Below the pieces are notes generated by a model. That model saw only the letters and a program-made list of their open reading frames with translations, ran no database searches and was not told the origin of the DNA. This document shows positions 1 to 10,410 of a DNA stretch of 64,000 nucleotides, in pieces (the stretch's first letter is position 1; each line of letters starts with the position of its first letter). This DNA comes from an uncultured delta proteobacterium (GTDB lineage Bacteria > Myxococcota_A > Polyangia > Polyangiales > B10-G4): contig CAVSGI010000010.1 in NCBI GenBank assembly GCA_963727445.1, positions 704,001 to 768,000 of the forward strand, read 5' to 3'. Position numbers and translations under genes: made by a program.

Positions 1-1323
1 GCGGCGGGCACCGCGGTCGCTCTCGCACTCCCGACCCTCGAGGCGATGCTGAACGTCGACGGTGTCTCCGCCGACGACCCGAGGCCCGCTCCCTTCTTCG
101 GGGTCTTCTACTGGGCCAACGGACTCCCCTGGCACGCCGGCCACGGCAGCGAGCAGGCGGCCGCCGGCTACCCCGACCTCTGGACGCCGAGCGCCACCGG
201 CGCCGGCTTTGATTACACGACGCTGATGACGCCACTCGCCCGCCATCGCGTCTCGGTCGCGACGGGCCTCGAGCCGAAGACCACGATCCCCGGCAGCCCA
301 CCGGGACAGGGCGATGGGCACATGCGCGGGTTCATGGTGGGGATGACCGGCAATCGGATGCGCTCCGAGGGCTTCGACCACGGCTCTCACACCCTGACCG
401 CGCTCGATCCGAGCCTCGATCAATACGTGGCACGCCATCCCTCGTTCTACGGAGCGAGCGCGCCGCGCTTCCGAAGCCTCGCGGTCGGCGTGAGCCAGGC
501 GCGCTTCCACGAGTACGGACACTGGAACGCCATCTCCTACAACGGGCCGGACTCGACGAACGCGCCCATCATGCAGCCGACGCAGCTCTTCGACGCGATC
601 TTCGACATCCCCGTGGAGACCACCGGCGTCGAGCCACGGCTCTTCGCCCTCGACGCGGTGCTCGAGGACGCCGCCGACCTGCGGCGCACCCTCGGCGCGC
701 GTGACCAGGAGCGACTCGACGCACACCTCGAGAACGTCTTCGAGCTCCAGCGCCGGCTCACGCCGGAGGAGCTGAGCTGCACGGTGCCGGAGCGACCGGC
801 CGACGGGGGATCGCTCCACGCCAAGACGCAGAAGATGGCGCACCTGCTGGCGACCGCCGTGAGCTGCGGCATCACGCGGGCCTTCAGCTTCATGCTCACC
901 TCGCCGGCGTCGACCCACGTCTTTTCCAACCTCGGCGTCAGCGACGGGATGCACAAGTCCTGTCACGACGGCGACTGGGCGGACATCCGCAACATCACGG
1001 TGCATCAGATGGAGGCCTTCGCCCTCTTCCTCGATGCGTTCTCGGAGATCACGCTGCCGACCGGCTCGACGCTCCTCGACGAAGGCCTGATCTACGGCAC
1101 CTCGGAGTACGGCGAGGGCTGGAAGCACAGCGTCGCCGAGCTGCCGGTGGTCTTCGCCGGCCAATCCTCTGGCCGAATCGCTCAGAACGTCCACGTGCGC
1201 CACGCCGGCGGCAACGTCGCGGACGCACAGCTCACCGCGCTGCGCGCGATCGGGCTTCCCGAGACGAGCTGGGGGCGGAACGGGGGCGAGACGTCGTCGG
1301 TCCTTTCCGAGGTGCTGATGTGA
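1..1323 (+). CDS. DUF1552 family protein (5'-truncated by window edge)
   Basis: Frame is open from base 1 (AAGTAVALALPTLEAM, the typical post-Tat segment). Motifs FFGVFYWANG, SLDQYVA, DQERLDAHLE and GTSEYGEG..HS..ELPVVFAG match DUF1552. Confidence 0.8.
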   Translation, partial: AAGTAVALALPTLEAMLNVDGVSADDPRPAPFFGVFYWANGLPWHAGHGSEQAAAGYPDLWTPSATGAGFDYTTLMTPLARHRVSVATGLEPKTTIPGSPPGQGDGHMRGFMVGMTGNRMRSEGFDHGSHTLTALDPSLDQYVARHPSFYGASAPRFRSLAVGVSQARFHEYGHWNAISYNGPDSTNAPIMQPTQLFDAIFDIPVETTGVEPRLFALDAVLEDAADLRRTLGARDQERLDAHLENVFELQRRLTPEELSCTVPERPADGGSLHAKTQKMAHLLATAVSCGITRAFSFMLTSPASTHVFSNLGVSDGMHKSCHDGDWADIRNITVHQMEAFALFLDAFSEITLPTGSTLLDEGLIYGTSEYGEGWKHSVAELPVVFAGQSSGRIAQNVHVRHAGGNVADAQLTALRAIGLPETSWGRNGGETSSVLSEVLM

Positions 1324-2243
1324 GCCTCCGCGCCCTTCTCTTGGGGCTCGCCCTCTTCGCCGGCTGCGCGACCGCTGCGGATGACGGCATGGGCGGCCTC
1401 AGCGGCAGCGACGGCGGCCTGACCGGTGAGGACGGGTCGAGCCGCCGGGACATCCCGGTGGACTGCGGCGAGCTCGCGCTGTGCGGTGTCACCTGCGCCG
1501 ATCTCGACACCGACCCCGACAACTGTGGTGGATGCGCCCGCACCTGCGTGATCCCGGGCGCGGTGGCGGCCTGTGAAGGCGGCGAATGCGTCATCGGGAG
1601 CTGCGAGGCGGGCTACGCCGACGACAACGGCGATGTCCTCGACGGCTGCGAAGCCACGGCCTCGGGCGGAGGCGGCGGCGGGGGCGCCGCGTGCGTGGCC
1701 AACACGGAGTGCACCACCGAATGCGGCGGCGTCGGTGCGACGGTCTGCGAGGCAGGCGTCGAGAGCTGCGGACACGCCGGCGAGATCTGCAACGCCATGG
1801 ACGACGACTGCAACGGCCAGTGCGACGAGGACGTGGCGGGCGGCTGCCGCGTGGGGGTGCATCGCTCCGCCGGCAACGGCCACCTCTACACCACCGATGC
1901 CGGTCTCGCGGGCCGCGCGCCCTTCCACGTGGAAGCGATGAGCTACTTCCACATCTACGCCTCACCCGGGGGCGCCCTGCGGCCGGTCTTCCTCTGCCGC
2001 AAGCCGAACGGCAGGTACCTGATCACCTCCCGCACCGATTGCGAGATCGGCGTCGCACCGACCGCGACCCTGGGCTATTGGTCGGCGACCGAGACCTGCG
2101 GCGCGGTGCCGCTCTACCGCCTCTACAACGCCTCTGCCGGCGATCACTTCTACACGCTCAACGCCACCGAGCGAGACAACGCAGTCGCGATGTACGGCTA
2201 CGCCTCCGAGGGCATCGCCGCCTACGTCTGGCGCGCACCCTGA
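1320..2243 (+). CDS. Cys-rich lipoprotein with C-terminal DUF5648-like repeats
   Basis: Lipobox FAGC; TDPDNCGGC and EICNAMDDDCNGQCDE repeats; C-terminal PLYRLYN..GDHFYT...ERD...GY..EG. Confidence 0.75.
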   Translation: MSLRALLLGLALFAGCATAADDGMGGLSGSDGGLTGEDGSSRRDIPVDCGELALCGVTCADLDTDPDNCGGCARTCVIPGAVAACEGGECVIGSCEAGYADDNGDVLDGCEATASGGGGGGGAACVANTECTTECGGVGATVCEAGVESCGHAGEICNAMDDDCNGQCDEDVAGGCRVGVHRSAGNGHLYTTDAGLAGRAPFHVEAMSYFHIYASPGGALRPVFLCRKPNGRYLITSRTDCEIGVAPTATLGYWSATETCGAVPLYRLYNASAGDHFYTLNATERDNAVAMYGYASEGIAAYVWRAP

Positions 2244-2368
2244 ACGAGAGCGGCCCTACCGAACGACTCCCCTCACGGCGCGAACGCCCTGAGTAGGCAC
2301 CGCAGGAAGCGAAGTGCGCGCACGCGCTGGATGTCCGGCGCGGGGAGCGATAGGCTCCGCCGTCGAAC

Positions 2369-3472
2369 GTGCGAAGCTTTGCGGCAGCCCTCGTCGTGCT
2401 TCTCGGGTCGAGCACCGCTTTCGCCGACGACCAGGAGATCCTCGGCGTCGTCCTCTGCGTGGGGGACGTCGATGGGCGCGTCGCCGTCGAGGCGGCGCGC
2501 GACACGGGCGGAGCCACGTGGCGGGCGGCGGAAATCGCCGCGGAGCCGCTTCCCTCCCAGGGAACGCCGGACGAGGCGGTGGCGGCGCTGCGCAGCTTCT
2601 ATCTCGAAGCGGACTTCCTCCGCTGCCTCTCGCAGCTCAGCGATCGACGCCTCGACCGAACGGCGCTCGTCGCCGAAGGGCACCTCGAGGCCGCCGCCGC
2701 GGTTTTCGTCTTCGGAGGCGCCTGCGCCCTCGGCGCGGAAGACGCCGACCTCGCGACGTCGCTCTTCGACGAGCTCGCCGCGCTCGAGCTTCCGGCATCT
2801 CAGGCGCTCGAGGTCGTGAGCCCCGACGTCCAGCAGCTCGCGGAGACGCGACGGCAGGCGCTCGCGCGGCGACGGCGGGTTCACATGCGGCTGGTCTCGA
2901 GCCCCGCCGGGGCCACCCTCGAGGTCGACGGCGTGCGCAAGTGTAGCGCCACCCCGTGCGAGGTGTCCCTGCCACCTGGCGAGCACGTCCTCGTCGTGGA
3001 AGCGCTCGGACACGTCCCGCGCATGGAGCGACGCGCTCTCGAAGGAGGAGACGAGGTCGTCGAGCTCGCGCTCGATCCCGCGCCGAGCGGCGTCGCGCGC
3101 AATCAGCTCGCCGACGCCCTCTACCGCGACGTGTCGCCGGACGACGCCCTCTTCATCCGAGCCGCCTCCCGCGCGCTCGGTGCACGCCTGGTGGTGGCGG
3201 TCTTCGAGCGCGACCACCAGGAGCACGCGGCGATTTACGATCGACAGAACGACCGAGTGGTCGCGGAATCGTCCGTGTCGGCCGAGGAGGGCCCTGCGCT
3301 CGCCGTGCGCACGGTGGTCAACGAGTGGCGCGGCGAGACCGAATCGCGGCCGATCTACGCGAGCCCGTGGTTCTGGGTCGCGACCCTCGGCGCGGCCGCC
3401 GTCGCCGCGGTCATCGTCGGTCTCATCGTCATTCCCCCAGGGCCTCGCTATGACATCGTCTTCGGCAACTGA
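2369..3472 (+). CDS. PEGA domain-containing secreted/membrane protein
   Basis: Signal peptide; PEGA motif SSPAGATLEVDG...TP...LPPGEH; C-terminal PIYASPWFW plus hydrophobic segment. Confidence 0.75.
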   Translation: MRSFAAALVVLLGSSTAFADDQEILGVVLCVGDVDGRVAVEAARDTGGATWRAAEIAAEPLPSQGTPDEAVAALRSFYLEADFLRCLSQLSDRRLDRTALVAEGHLEAAAAVFVFGGACALGAEDADLATSLFDELAALELPASQALEVVSPDVQQLAETRRQALARRRRVHMRLVSSPAGATLEVDGVRKCSATPCEVSLPPGEHVLVVEALGHVPRMERRALEGGDEVVELALDPAPSGVARNQLADALYRDVSPDDALFIRAASRALGARLVVAVFERDHQEHAAIYDRQNDRVVAESSVSAEEGPALAVRTVVNEWRGETESRPIYASPWFWVATLGAAAVAAVIVGLIVIPPGPRYDIVFGN

Positions 3473-4010
3473 GATCCGGTTCGCGCTGGCGCTCGCGCTC
3501 GTCGCCGGGGGATGCGCCGCGCAGCCCGTCGAGGAGACGCAAGCCCTGGTGTTGGCCGAGAGCCTCGCCTGTCGCATGGCCACGACGCGGGGCGACCAAA
3601 TCAATCACTACCACGCGGTCCTCTACGAGATGATGGGCCCGAACCCCGACGAGAACTCCCCGCCGTGCGCGAATTGCATCGGGACGCCGCGGTGCCGGGC
3701 GGTGGACGAAGCCTGCGGTTGCACCGAGCCCCACCCGCCTTCGACGGCGCCGATGAACCGACACCTCTCCGGTCTGGGCTTCTTCGACGTGACGCCCCAA
3801 CGGCCCTACTGCATCGCCATGATCGGTGTGGACGACCCGGCGTCTACGACAGCGCCCGGTGATCCCTCCCACGCCTGCGATTGCGTCGATCCGCGAACGA
3901 CGAGCATCACGTCCTGCGGCGTGACGCCCTTCCCCGGGGTGGCCGAAGACAACGCCGGCGCCGTCTTCGTCTTCATGGAGTGCGGCGGGGCTTGTGCCCT
4001 GGCTCCATGA
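3450..4010 (+). CDS. Cys-rich lipoprotein, unknown function
   Basis: ATG 3450 overlaps the previous gene end; hydrophobic stretch plus AGGC lipobox; many Cys. Confidence 0.6.
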   Translation: MTSSSATEIRFALALALVAGGCAAQPVEETQALVLAESLACRMATTRGDQINHYHAVLYEMMGPNPDENSPPCANCIGTPRCRAVDEACGCTEPHPPSTAPMNRHLSGLGFFDVTPQRPYCIAMIGVDDPASTTAPGDPSHACDCVDPRTTSITSCGVTPFPGVAEDNAGAVFVFMECGGACALAP

Positions 4011-4076
4011 ACGACGAAGACCCCGCGGCCGAAGCCGCGGGGTCCATACGCTCGCGAGCGTTTGCTCGTCTTCGCT

Positions 4077-5123
4077 TCAGAGACGCAGGTTGCAGCTGGT
4101 CTCGGCCCAGCGACCCATGAAGTGCCCCCCCATCTCGGGGCCAGGGATGGACTCGCGATACTCGCCCCCGAGCGCGCCGACCTCTCCGTCACGCGTCACC
4201 CAGCGGCCTCGGTACTGACCGTCGGCGTACTCGCCGCGGAACACGCCCCGGAACTCGCCGTCGGTGCCGATGTACTTGCCGAAGAAGACCTTGCTGCCGT
4301 CGAGGCGCTCGCCGTAGATGCCGCGGACGTGTCCGCGGAGCTCGCCGCCCTCGGAGACCACGCGGCCGATGAAGCGCCCGCGGCCCTCTTCCACCCGGTG
4401 CCAACGGCCCATCATGAAGCCGCTCTGACAGATGTCGACGGGACGTGCCTGGGCGGTGGCAATCATGCGGTTGCCCGTCTCCTCGTCCACCAGGAGCGGA
4501 CGCGGAGCGTCGCGAAGCGCGGCCATCGGGACATGGATGGGATCACCGCCGGAGCCGAGGGGGCCGGGAAGATCGGGGACATAGGTCAGGACGAGGGGCT
4601 CGGGAGCGGCAGGCGTCGGATCGATGATCGACACGATGAGGCCGTCGTGGTCCGGCAGCGTCGCCGAGGTGAAGGGAAGAACGCGGGGATCGCGGCGGGG
4701 AAGCAGGTTGTCCGTCGGGCCTTCGAAGAGGACGGTGCGCTGCGCGATGATCGCGCCGCGATTCACCGTCAACGCGCCGCTCCAATCGTGGGGCGTGTCG
4801 GCGTCGGGGTTGTCGGGGAGCTGGCCCCAGAGGATCACTGCCCGGAAGTGCACGGCGTCCGGCACGTCCCGGAGCGATGCAATCTCCGGGCTCGCGTCCA
4901 TCTCGTCCACGACGGGCACGTCCTCCTCGAGCAACCCGAGCGATGAAAGGAGCTCCGGCTCTCCGAAGGAGGGAGCCTCGTCCACCATCTGCAGCCCGCC
5001 GTTTTCGAGCTCGAGGGCCGAGCCAATCTCGCCCACGTCCTCACTGGATTCGGTCGAGGCTGCGCAGCCCACGAAGAGGATGAGAGCGATGGAAAGAAGA
5101 GATGTCGTTCGCCAGTTCGTCAT
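4077..5123 (-). CDS. Lipoprotein, unknown function
   Basis: Lipobox FVGC; GGAGG RBS upstream; Gly/aromatic beta-strand-rich C-terminus. Confidence 0.75.
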   Translation of the reverse strand: MTNWRTTSLLSIALILFVGCAASTESSEDVGEIGSALELENGGLQMVDEAPSFGEPELLSSLGLLEEDVPVVDEMDASPEIASLRDVPDAVHFRAVILWGQLPDNPDADTPHDWSGALTVNRGAIIAQRTVLFEGPTDNLLPRRDPRVLPFTSATLPDHDGLIVSIIDPTPAAPEPLVLTYVPDLPGPLGSGGDPIHVPMAALRDAPRPLLVDEETGNRMIATAQARPVDICQSGFMMGRWHRVEEGRGRFIGRVVSEGGELRGHVRGIYGERLDGSKVFFGKYIGTDGEFRGVFRGEYADGQYRGRWVTRDGEVGALGGEYRESIPGPEMGGHFMGRWAETSCNLRL

Positions 5124-5151
5124 GTGTCAGTGACCTCCTGCACTCCTCCAT

Positions 5152-5167
5152 CGCAACCGTCGTGCCG
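5152..5167 (-). promoter_or_regulatory. sigma54 (-24/-12) promoter for the 4077-5123 gene
   Basis: Minus strand reads CGGCACGACGGTTGCG = GG-N10-GC, near the consensus TGGCACG-N4-TTGC. Confidence 0.65.
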
Positions 5168-5266
5168 CGGTGCTCACCCCCGAAATGCCCACATTTCGCG
5201 TAGATCTGGGTGGGGGTAGGAGTCCTCCTTGGTGCGCGTGGCCTGTAGGATCGACTCTACAGGCCC

Positions 5267-6829
5267 TTGGTTACTCCGAGTCGCTACCGGTTGATCCGCA
5301 CCATCGCTACGGGTGGGATGGCGCACGTCTACGAAGCCGTCGCTCAAGGGGAGGCCGGCTTCGAGCGACGCGTCGCGCTCAAGCGGATCCTCCCCGAGCT
5401 CGCCGGTGACGCGCGGCTGCAGCGGATGTTCCTCGACGAGGCCCGCATCGCCAGCCACCTGCACCACGGAAACATCGTGCAGGTCCTCGACTACGGGAAG
5501 GTCGACGAGACCGAGTTCATCGCCATGGAGTACGTCGACGGGGTCGACGCGCATCGGGCGGCGACGCGGCGCGAGCCCTTTCCCGAGTCGCTCGCGCTGC
5601 ACGTCACCTCCGAGGTCGCCCATGCCCTCGCGCACGCGCACGAAAAGCGCGACGACGCGGGGCAGCCGCTCGGCATCGTTCATCGGGACGTGAGCCCCCA
5701 GAACGTCCTGTTGAGCTGGGACGGGGACGTCAAGCTCGCTGACTTCGGCATCGCCAAGGCCGCCACCCGCCTCGAAAAGACGCGAACCGGGATCGTGAAG
5801 GGCAAGCTCTCGTACATGGCGCCGGAGCAAGCGGCGGGCGAGAGCGTGGGACCGCCGGCGGACGTCTACGGCCTCGGCGCGACGCTTCACGCCTTGATCA
5901 CGGGCCGGTCTCCCACGTCCGATCCGGGCGGTACGGCGATATCGTCGGACGTCGCGGGGCTCGTCTCCGCGTGCATGCGAACCACTCCGGGGGATCGACC
6001 GACGGCCGAGGAGGTCGCCCTCGAAGCAGGCCGCCTCGCGAGCCAACGCCTCGAGCGGGACGCGCGCGGCGCGCTGCGCGAGTGGCTCGCCCCGCTGAGA
6101 GATCAGGGGAAGATGAGCGCCCTCGACGACTTGATGGGGTTGGTGCTGACGACGCACGAGGACGGCGGCGAGCGGAAGTTCACGGTCGAGCGTCTGGCCG
6201 TCGCCGACACCGTGCCGGCCGACCCGCCCCGCCCCGATCAGGACACCTCGGTCGAGCTGCCCGAGAATCGCCGCGGCATCTACGCGACCGCGGCTTTCGT
6301 CGCGCTCATCGCCGCCGGGGCGGCCCTCGTCATCTGGGGCACGGGCACGACGCACGAGCCCTCCGGCGAAGCGCAGGAGGCGAGCGCCCAGGTCGAAACC
6401 GAGCCAGCCGTGGTTCCGGTCCGGGTGCCGGATCTGCCGACGGGCGTGGATCTCGCGGACCAGGCGCTGCCAGCCATCGACGCGCCTGACACGGGAACAG
6501 CGACCGCCGCGACGCGCCGAAGGCGCTCTCGCCAATCGGGCGCGGCGATGGAGACGGCCGCCGAGACGTCGATGGAAGCCACCGCCGCAGCGACGATGGA
6601 GGCGGAGGCGGTCGCCGCGACCGGTGTGCTGCGCGTCCGTCGTCTCGGCTCGACGCAGGAGTCGATCGAGGTCGACGGCCGCGCGCGGGGCTTCACGCCT
6701 CGCGTCCTCACGCTGCCGGTGGGCGAGCACCGGGTCGTCGTTCGTGACGCGGCCTCGGGCGAGGTGATGCTCGAACGGCGGGTCGAGCTGGCAGCTCACC
6801 ACACCCGCGTCGCGCCGCTCTCGCTCTGA
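5267..6829 (+). CDS. Ser/Thr protein kinase with TM helix and C-terminal PEGA-like domain
   Basis: IATGGMAHVY, VALK, HRDVSPQN, DFG, YMAPE, DVYGLG; TM near IYATAAFVALIAAG. Confidence 0.9.
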   Translation: MVTPSRYRLIRTIATGGMAHVYEAVAQGEAGFERRVALKRILPELAGDARLQRMFLDEARIASHLHHGNIVQVLDYGKVDETEFIAMEYVDGVDAHRAATRREPFPESLALHVTSEVAHALAHAHEKRDDAGQPLGIVHRDVSPQNVLLSWDGDVKLADFGIAKAATRLEKTRTGIVKGKLSYMAPEQAAGESVGPPADVYGLGATLHALITGRSPTSDPGGTAISSDVAGLVSACMRTTPGDRPTAEEVALEAGRLASQRLERDARGALREWLAPLRDQGKMSALDDLMGLVLTTHEDGGERKFTVERLAVADTVPADPPRPDQDTSVELPENRRGIYATAAFVALIAAGAALVIWGTGTTHEPSGEAQEASAQVETEPAVVPVRVPDLPTGVDLADQALPAIDAPDTGTATAATRRRRSRQSGAAMETAAETSMEATAAATMEAEAVAATGVLRVRRLGSTQESIEVDGRARGFTPRVLTLPVGEHRVVVRDAASGEVMLERRVELAAHHTRVAPLSL

Positions 6830-6838
6830 GCGAGGCGC

Positions 6839-8149
6839 TCAGCGCAGCCCGTGACGCCGCAGGAGCGTCAGAAGGTACTGGCGATCCATCTTCGCTCTGC
6901 GCGCCGCCTCCGACGCGTTCCCGTCGCACTCGTCGATCAGGCGAGACAGGTAGCGCTTTTCGAAATCGCCCACGACCGCAGCCCGCGCCTCTTTGTAGGG
7001 GGCGAGCGGTGCGTCGGCCTGCGCGGAGCTGCGCGTGCCGCCGCCGTAGCCCGGGCGCGTCGCGTCGAGGCGCACCTCCCCCATCGCCACCGCGGCCTCG
7101 ACCACGTTGCGGAGCTCGCGGATGTTGCCGCTCCACCGATGCGCGCGGAGCGCGTCGAGTGTCTGGGGCGCGAAGGGCAGCGCATCCTGCCCGGTGATCT
7201 CCATCACGAAGTGGCGAACCAGCGGCTCGATGTCCTCGACGCGGTCCCTGAGGGGCGGGATCTCGATCCGCGCGACGGCCAGCCGGTAGTAGAGGTCGGC
7301 CCGAAACCGGTCTTCGTTGACCTCTCCGCGGAGATCGCGGTGCGTGGCGCACACGACACGGACGTCGACCGACACCTCCTCGCGCCCGCCGACGCGCCGA
7401 AACGCTCTGCGCTCGAGCGCCCCGAGGAGCGACGGCTGGACCTTCATGGGGAGCTCACCGATCTCGTCGAGGAAGATCGTCCCGCCATGAGCGCGCTCGA
7501 ACGCGCCGAGGTGTTGGCGATCGGCGCCTGTGAACGCGCCTCGCTCGTGGCCGAAGAGCTCGGAGGCGACCAGCGTGGCCGGCAGCGATCCGCAGTCGAC
7601 GACGACGAAGGGCCCCGCGCGACGTGGGCTCAGATCGTGGAGCGCACGCGCGACGACCTCCTTGCCCGTCCCCGTCTCGCCGCGCACGAAGACCGAGACG
7701 TCGGAGGCCGAGAGCCGGTGGATGTCCAGGGCCACCCGTCGCATGCTCTCGCTCGCGGCGATCATGGAAGGGATCGAAGGCGCCGACTCGTCCGGCTCTT
7801 CCACCTCCGCGTCGACGCCGCCTACCTCGAAGGTCGTGTCGCCGGCGGTGATGCGCGTCCCCACGGGCACCACGACGTCGTGGATGCGAACCCCGCCGAG
7901 AAAGGTCCCGTTGCGGCTGCCCACGTCGCGCACGCGGACGCCCTCGTGCGCTGGCGAGAGCTCCAGGTGGTAGCGGCTCACCGTTCGGTCGGAGAGGGGC
8001 AGGAGCGTGTCCTCGGCCGTGCCGAGGGTCGCCCCTGGTTCGGTGGCCCGCGCCTCTTTCCCCGCGTCGGGCCCACCCGTCACGCGAACCACGAGCTCAC
8101 GGACGCGGCGTCGTCGGGTGGCCCCCTTGCGAAGCGTGGTGTCGGTCAC
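6839..8149 (-). CDS. FHA-domain sigma54-dependent transcriptional activator (Fis family)
   Basis: FHA (VSRYH, GSRNGTF), [29 protein letters not shown]-terminal HTH; GTG start at 8149 inferred. Confidence 0.92.
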   Translation of the reverse strand: MTDTTLRKGATRRRRVRELVVRVTGGPDAGKEARATEPGATLGTAEDTLLPLSDRTVSRYHLELSPAHEGVRVRDVGSRNGTFLGGVRIHDVVVPVGTRITAGDTTFEVGGVDAEVEEPDESAPSIPSMIAASESMRRVALDIHRLSASDVSVFVRGETGTGKEVVARALHDLSPRRAGPFVVVDCGSLPATLVASELFGHERGAFTGADRQHLGAFERAHGGTIFLDEIGELPMKVQPSLLGALERRAFRRVGGREEVSVDVRVVCATHRDLRGEVNEDRFRADLYYRLAVARIEIPPLRDRVEDIEPLVRHFVMEITGQDALPFAPQTLDALRAHRWSGNIRELRNVVEAAVAMGEVRLDATRPGYGGGTRSSAQADAPLAPYKEARAAVVGDFEKRYLSRLIDECDGNASEAARRAKMDRQYLLTLLRRHGLR

Positions 8150-8237
8150 GACGGCCTGGAGGATATCAGCACGCCCGTCGAAGTCTCGTCTGCCTGAGGG
8201 TGGGCCCGCTCGCGATGATGTATGCTTGCCGCCTTCG

Positions 8238-9539
8238 ATGCTTCGTCTGCTCTGCATCGCGTGGCTGCTTTCGTGGGGCTGCGCCCACGACATCGACGGG
8301 CTGCAAGCGCCCATAGGGGACGGGGGCGCCCGCGACTCGGGCGAGAGGGACGCGCGGACGGACGGCGAGCCAGTCGACGGTTCCCTGGACTCCGCGCCTT
8401 CCGACGCCGCACCGGATGCGATGATGCTGCTCGGGCTCGAGGTCTCGGATGTGGCGCTCGGACGCGACCACACGTGTGCCTTGGCCACGATAGATGGCCG
8501 TCTCTACTGCTGGGGACGCAACGACTCGGGACAGGCGGTGCCGGGTGGCGACACCTCAGCGGTGTTGACGCCACAATCCATCGGAACCCAGTACGTCGAC
8601 GTCGCCGCCGGCGGCGCACACACCTGCGCGGTCACCATGGATGGCGAGGTTCGCTGCTGGGGCGCCAACGACCACAACCAGCTCGGTCGAACCGACGTGC
8701 CGATGGACATGCGGATCGTCTCAGGCCTGGAGGGGATCGTGGAGCTCGAGTTGGGCTACTGGCACAGCTGTGCAAGTGACGGAGACCTGAACCTCTACTG
8801 CTGGGGGCAGAACGCGTCGGGCGAGCTTGGGAACGGGACGACTGGCGGAACCGACCCCTTGCCGGGCCTGGTGACGGGCCTGGATCTCACCCCGACGTCG
8901 AGCCGGCGACACTGGTCGGCTGGCGATGGACCCAACTGCGCGATCGATAGGGGAGGCACGGAAGACAGGCTGTTGTGTTGGGGGTACGGGGCATACGGCG
9001 CAATCGGGAACGGCGGCACCACGAGCCAACCAACCCCTGTGGAGCCGGATCTCATGGGTGTCCCGCGGATGGTCTCGGTCGGAGGAATCCCCGACGAAGA
9101 CGGCACTGGGCATGGCGGCCATGCTTGCGCTGTGGTCGGCACGAACTTGTATTGCTGGGGTCGAAACGATTTCAATCAGGCCACTGCCGATGCGGGCGAC
9201 GTGGTTTCCTCGCCAACTTTGGTGATGGGGATCGAAATCGAAGACGTGAGCGCCGGTGGCTGGCACACCTGCATCGTCCAGTCCCATGCCGTGTCCTGCT
9301 GGGGCCGCAACCGATCCGGACAGCTGGGAAGCGGATCCACTACGGACTTGTACCCCACCGACGCCTCGGAGGTATTGAGCGACATCCAGACCGTCGAAGC
9401 CGGCGGGAGACACACCTGTGCTATCAGCCGCCTCGGGTTGCTCTACTGCTGGGGCTCGAACGAGTATGGGCAAAGCGGTGGCTCCGATACCGCGAGCGAT
9501 GTGCTCGAGCCTCAGATGGTCGTCCTCGCCCCGCCCTGA
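8238..9539 (+). CDS. RCC1-repeat beta-propeller lipoprotein
   Basis: Repeated AG..HTCA....LYCWG.N..GQ motifs; lipobox SWGC. Confidence 0.9.
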   Translation: MLRLLCIAWLLSWGCAHDIDGLQAPIGDGGARDSGERDARTDGEPVDGSLDSAPSDAAPDAMMLLGLEVSDVALGRDHTCALATIDGRLYCWGRNDSGQAVPGGDTSAVLTPQSIGTQYVDVAAGGAHTCAVTMDGEVRCWGANDHNQLGRTDVPMDMRIVSGLEGIVELELGYWHSCASDGDLNLYCWGQNASGELGNGTTGGTDPLPGLVTGLDLTPTSSRRHWSAGDGPNCAIDRGGTEDRLLCWGYGAYGAIGNGGTTSQPTPVEPDLMGVPRMVSVGGIPDEDGTGHGGHACAVVGTNLYCWGRNDFNQATADAGDVVSSPTLVMGIEIEDVSAGGWHTCIVQSHAVSCWGRNRSGQLGSGSTTDLYPTDASEVLSDIQTVEAGGRHTCAISRLGLLYCWGSNEYGQSGGSDTASDVLEPQMVVLAPP

Positions 9540-9540
9540 C

Positions 9541-10245
9541 TCAGAAGCGGCCGCTGAGCTCGGCGCCGAAGGGCGAGACGCGGAGCGCGGCGCTGGTCTC
9601 CGAGCCGCTCTCGCCCCCCTCGACGAAGAAGAGCACCACGCTGAGCACCGCCGCGCCGATCGCGGTGAAGAGAAAGACGTTGGTGAGCGTGTCGAGGGTG
9701 CGAAGCGTCCCCACCTCGTCGTCGCTGCAGCCACTCGGCGCCCGATCGGCGCAGCTCGCGCGCAGCGAGCTCTCCTCGCCGTTGCCGGCGAGCCACGTGC
9801 CCACCGCGGCGCCACCCAGAGCGACGGCTGCTGCGAGGGAGATCCAGGTGAAGAGCCGACCGCCACCGCCGTCTTCGGCGGCCCCGCCCTCCGCGATCTC
9901 CGCGCGGAGGATGCGCAGGCGGCCTTCGACCTCGGTGCGGTTCTCGGCGTCGGGAATGGCCTCGAGGTAGCGTTCGAAGTAGTCGACGGCCTCTGCGTCA
10001 CGGCGCAGGCGGTCGAGACAGGACGCGATGTTGAACAGGAGCACCGGTCGCTCGCTCAGCTCGTACGCGCCCTGGAAGTGCCCGAGCGCCGCCTCGAAGC
10101 GTCCGTCGATGAAGGCGCTTCGCCCGGCCTCGAAGAGGTTTCGCGCCTCCTCGTCACTGAGGTCGGGCGCCGGCGCGTCCTGCGCACCGGCGGCGCCGAC
10201 GGCCATCACCAGAGTCGTCATGCACGAAGCGAAAAAGAGACGCAC
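9541..10245 (-). CDS. TPR protein with C-terminal hydrophobic helices
   Basis: Signal peptide; ARNLFEAG...LLFNIA...YFERYL TPRs; ends in GRF. Confidence 0.8.
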   Translation of the reverse strand: MRLFFASCMTTLVMAVGAAGAQDAPAPDLSDEEARNLFEAGRSAFIDGRFEAALGHFQGAYELSERPVLLFNIASCLDRLRRDAEAVDYFERYLEAIPDAENRTEVEGRLRILRAEIAEGGAAEDGGGGRLFTWISLAAAVALGGAAVGTWLAGNGEESSLRASCADRAPSGCSDDEVGTLRTLDTLTNVFLFTAIGAAVLSVVLFFVEGGESGSETSAALRVSPFGAELSGRF

Positions 10246-10293
10246 GCTGCCAGAGCCTATCGAATCGCGAAGAGCGCCGCTATCCAGACGCAG

Positions 10294-10324
10294 AAAAGGG
10301 GACGAGCCTTTCGACTCGTCCCCT
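10294..10324 (-). terminator. Intrinsic terminator of the tRNA operon
   Basis: Minus strand AGGGGACGAGTC-GAAA-GGCTCGTCCCCT followed by a short T run, immediately 3' of tRNA-Lys. Confidence 0.8.
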
Positions 10325-10328
10325 CTCG

Positions 10329-10404
<76 letters not shown>

Positions 10405-10410
10405 GTTGTT

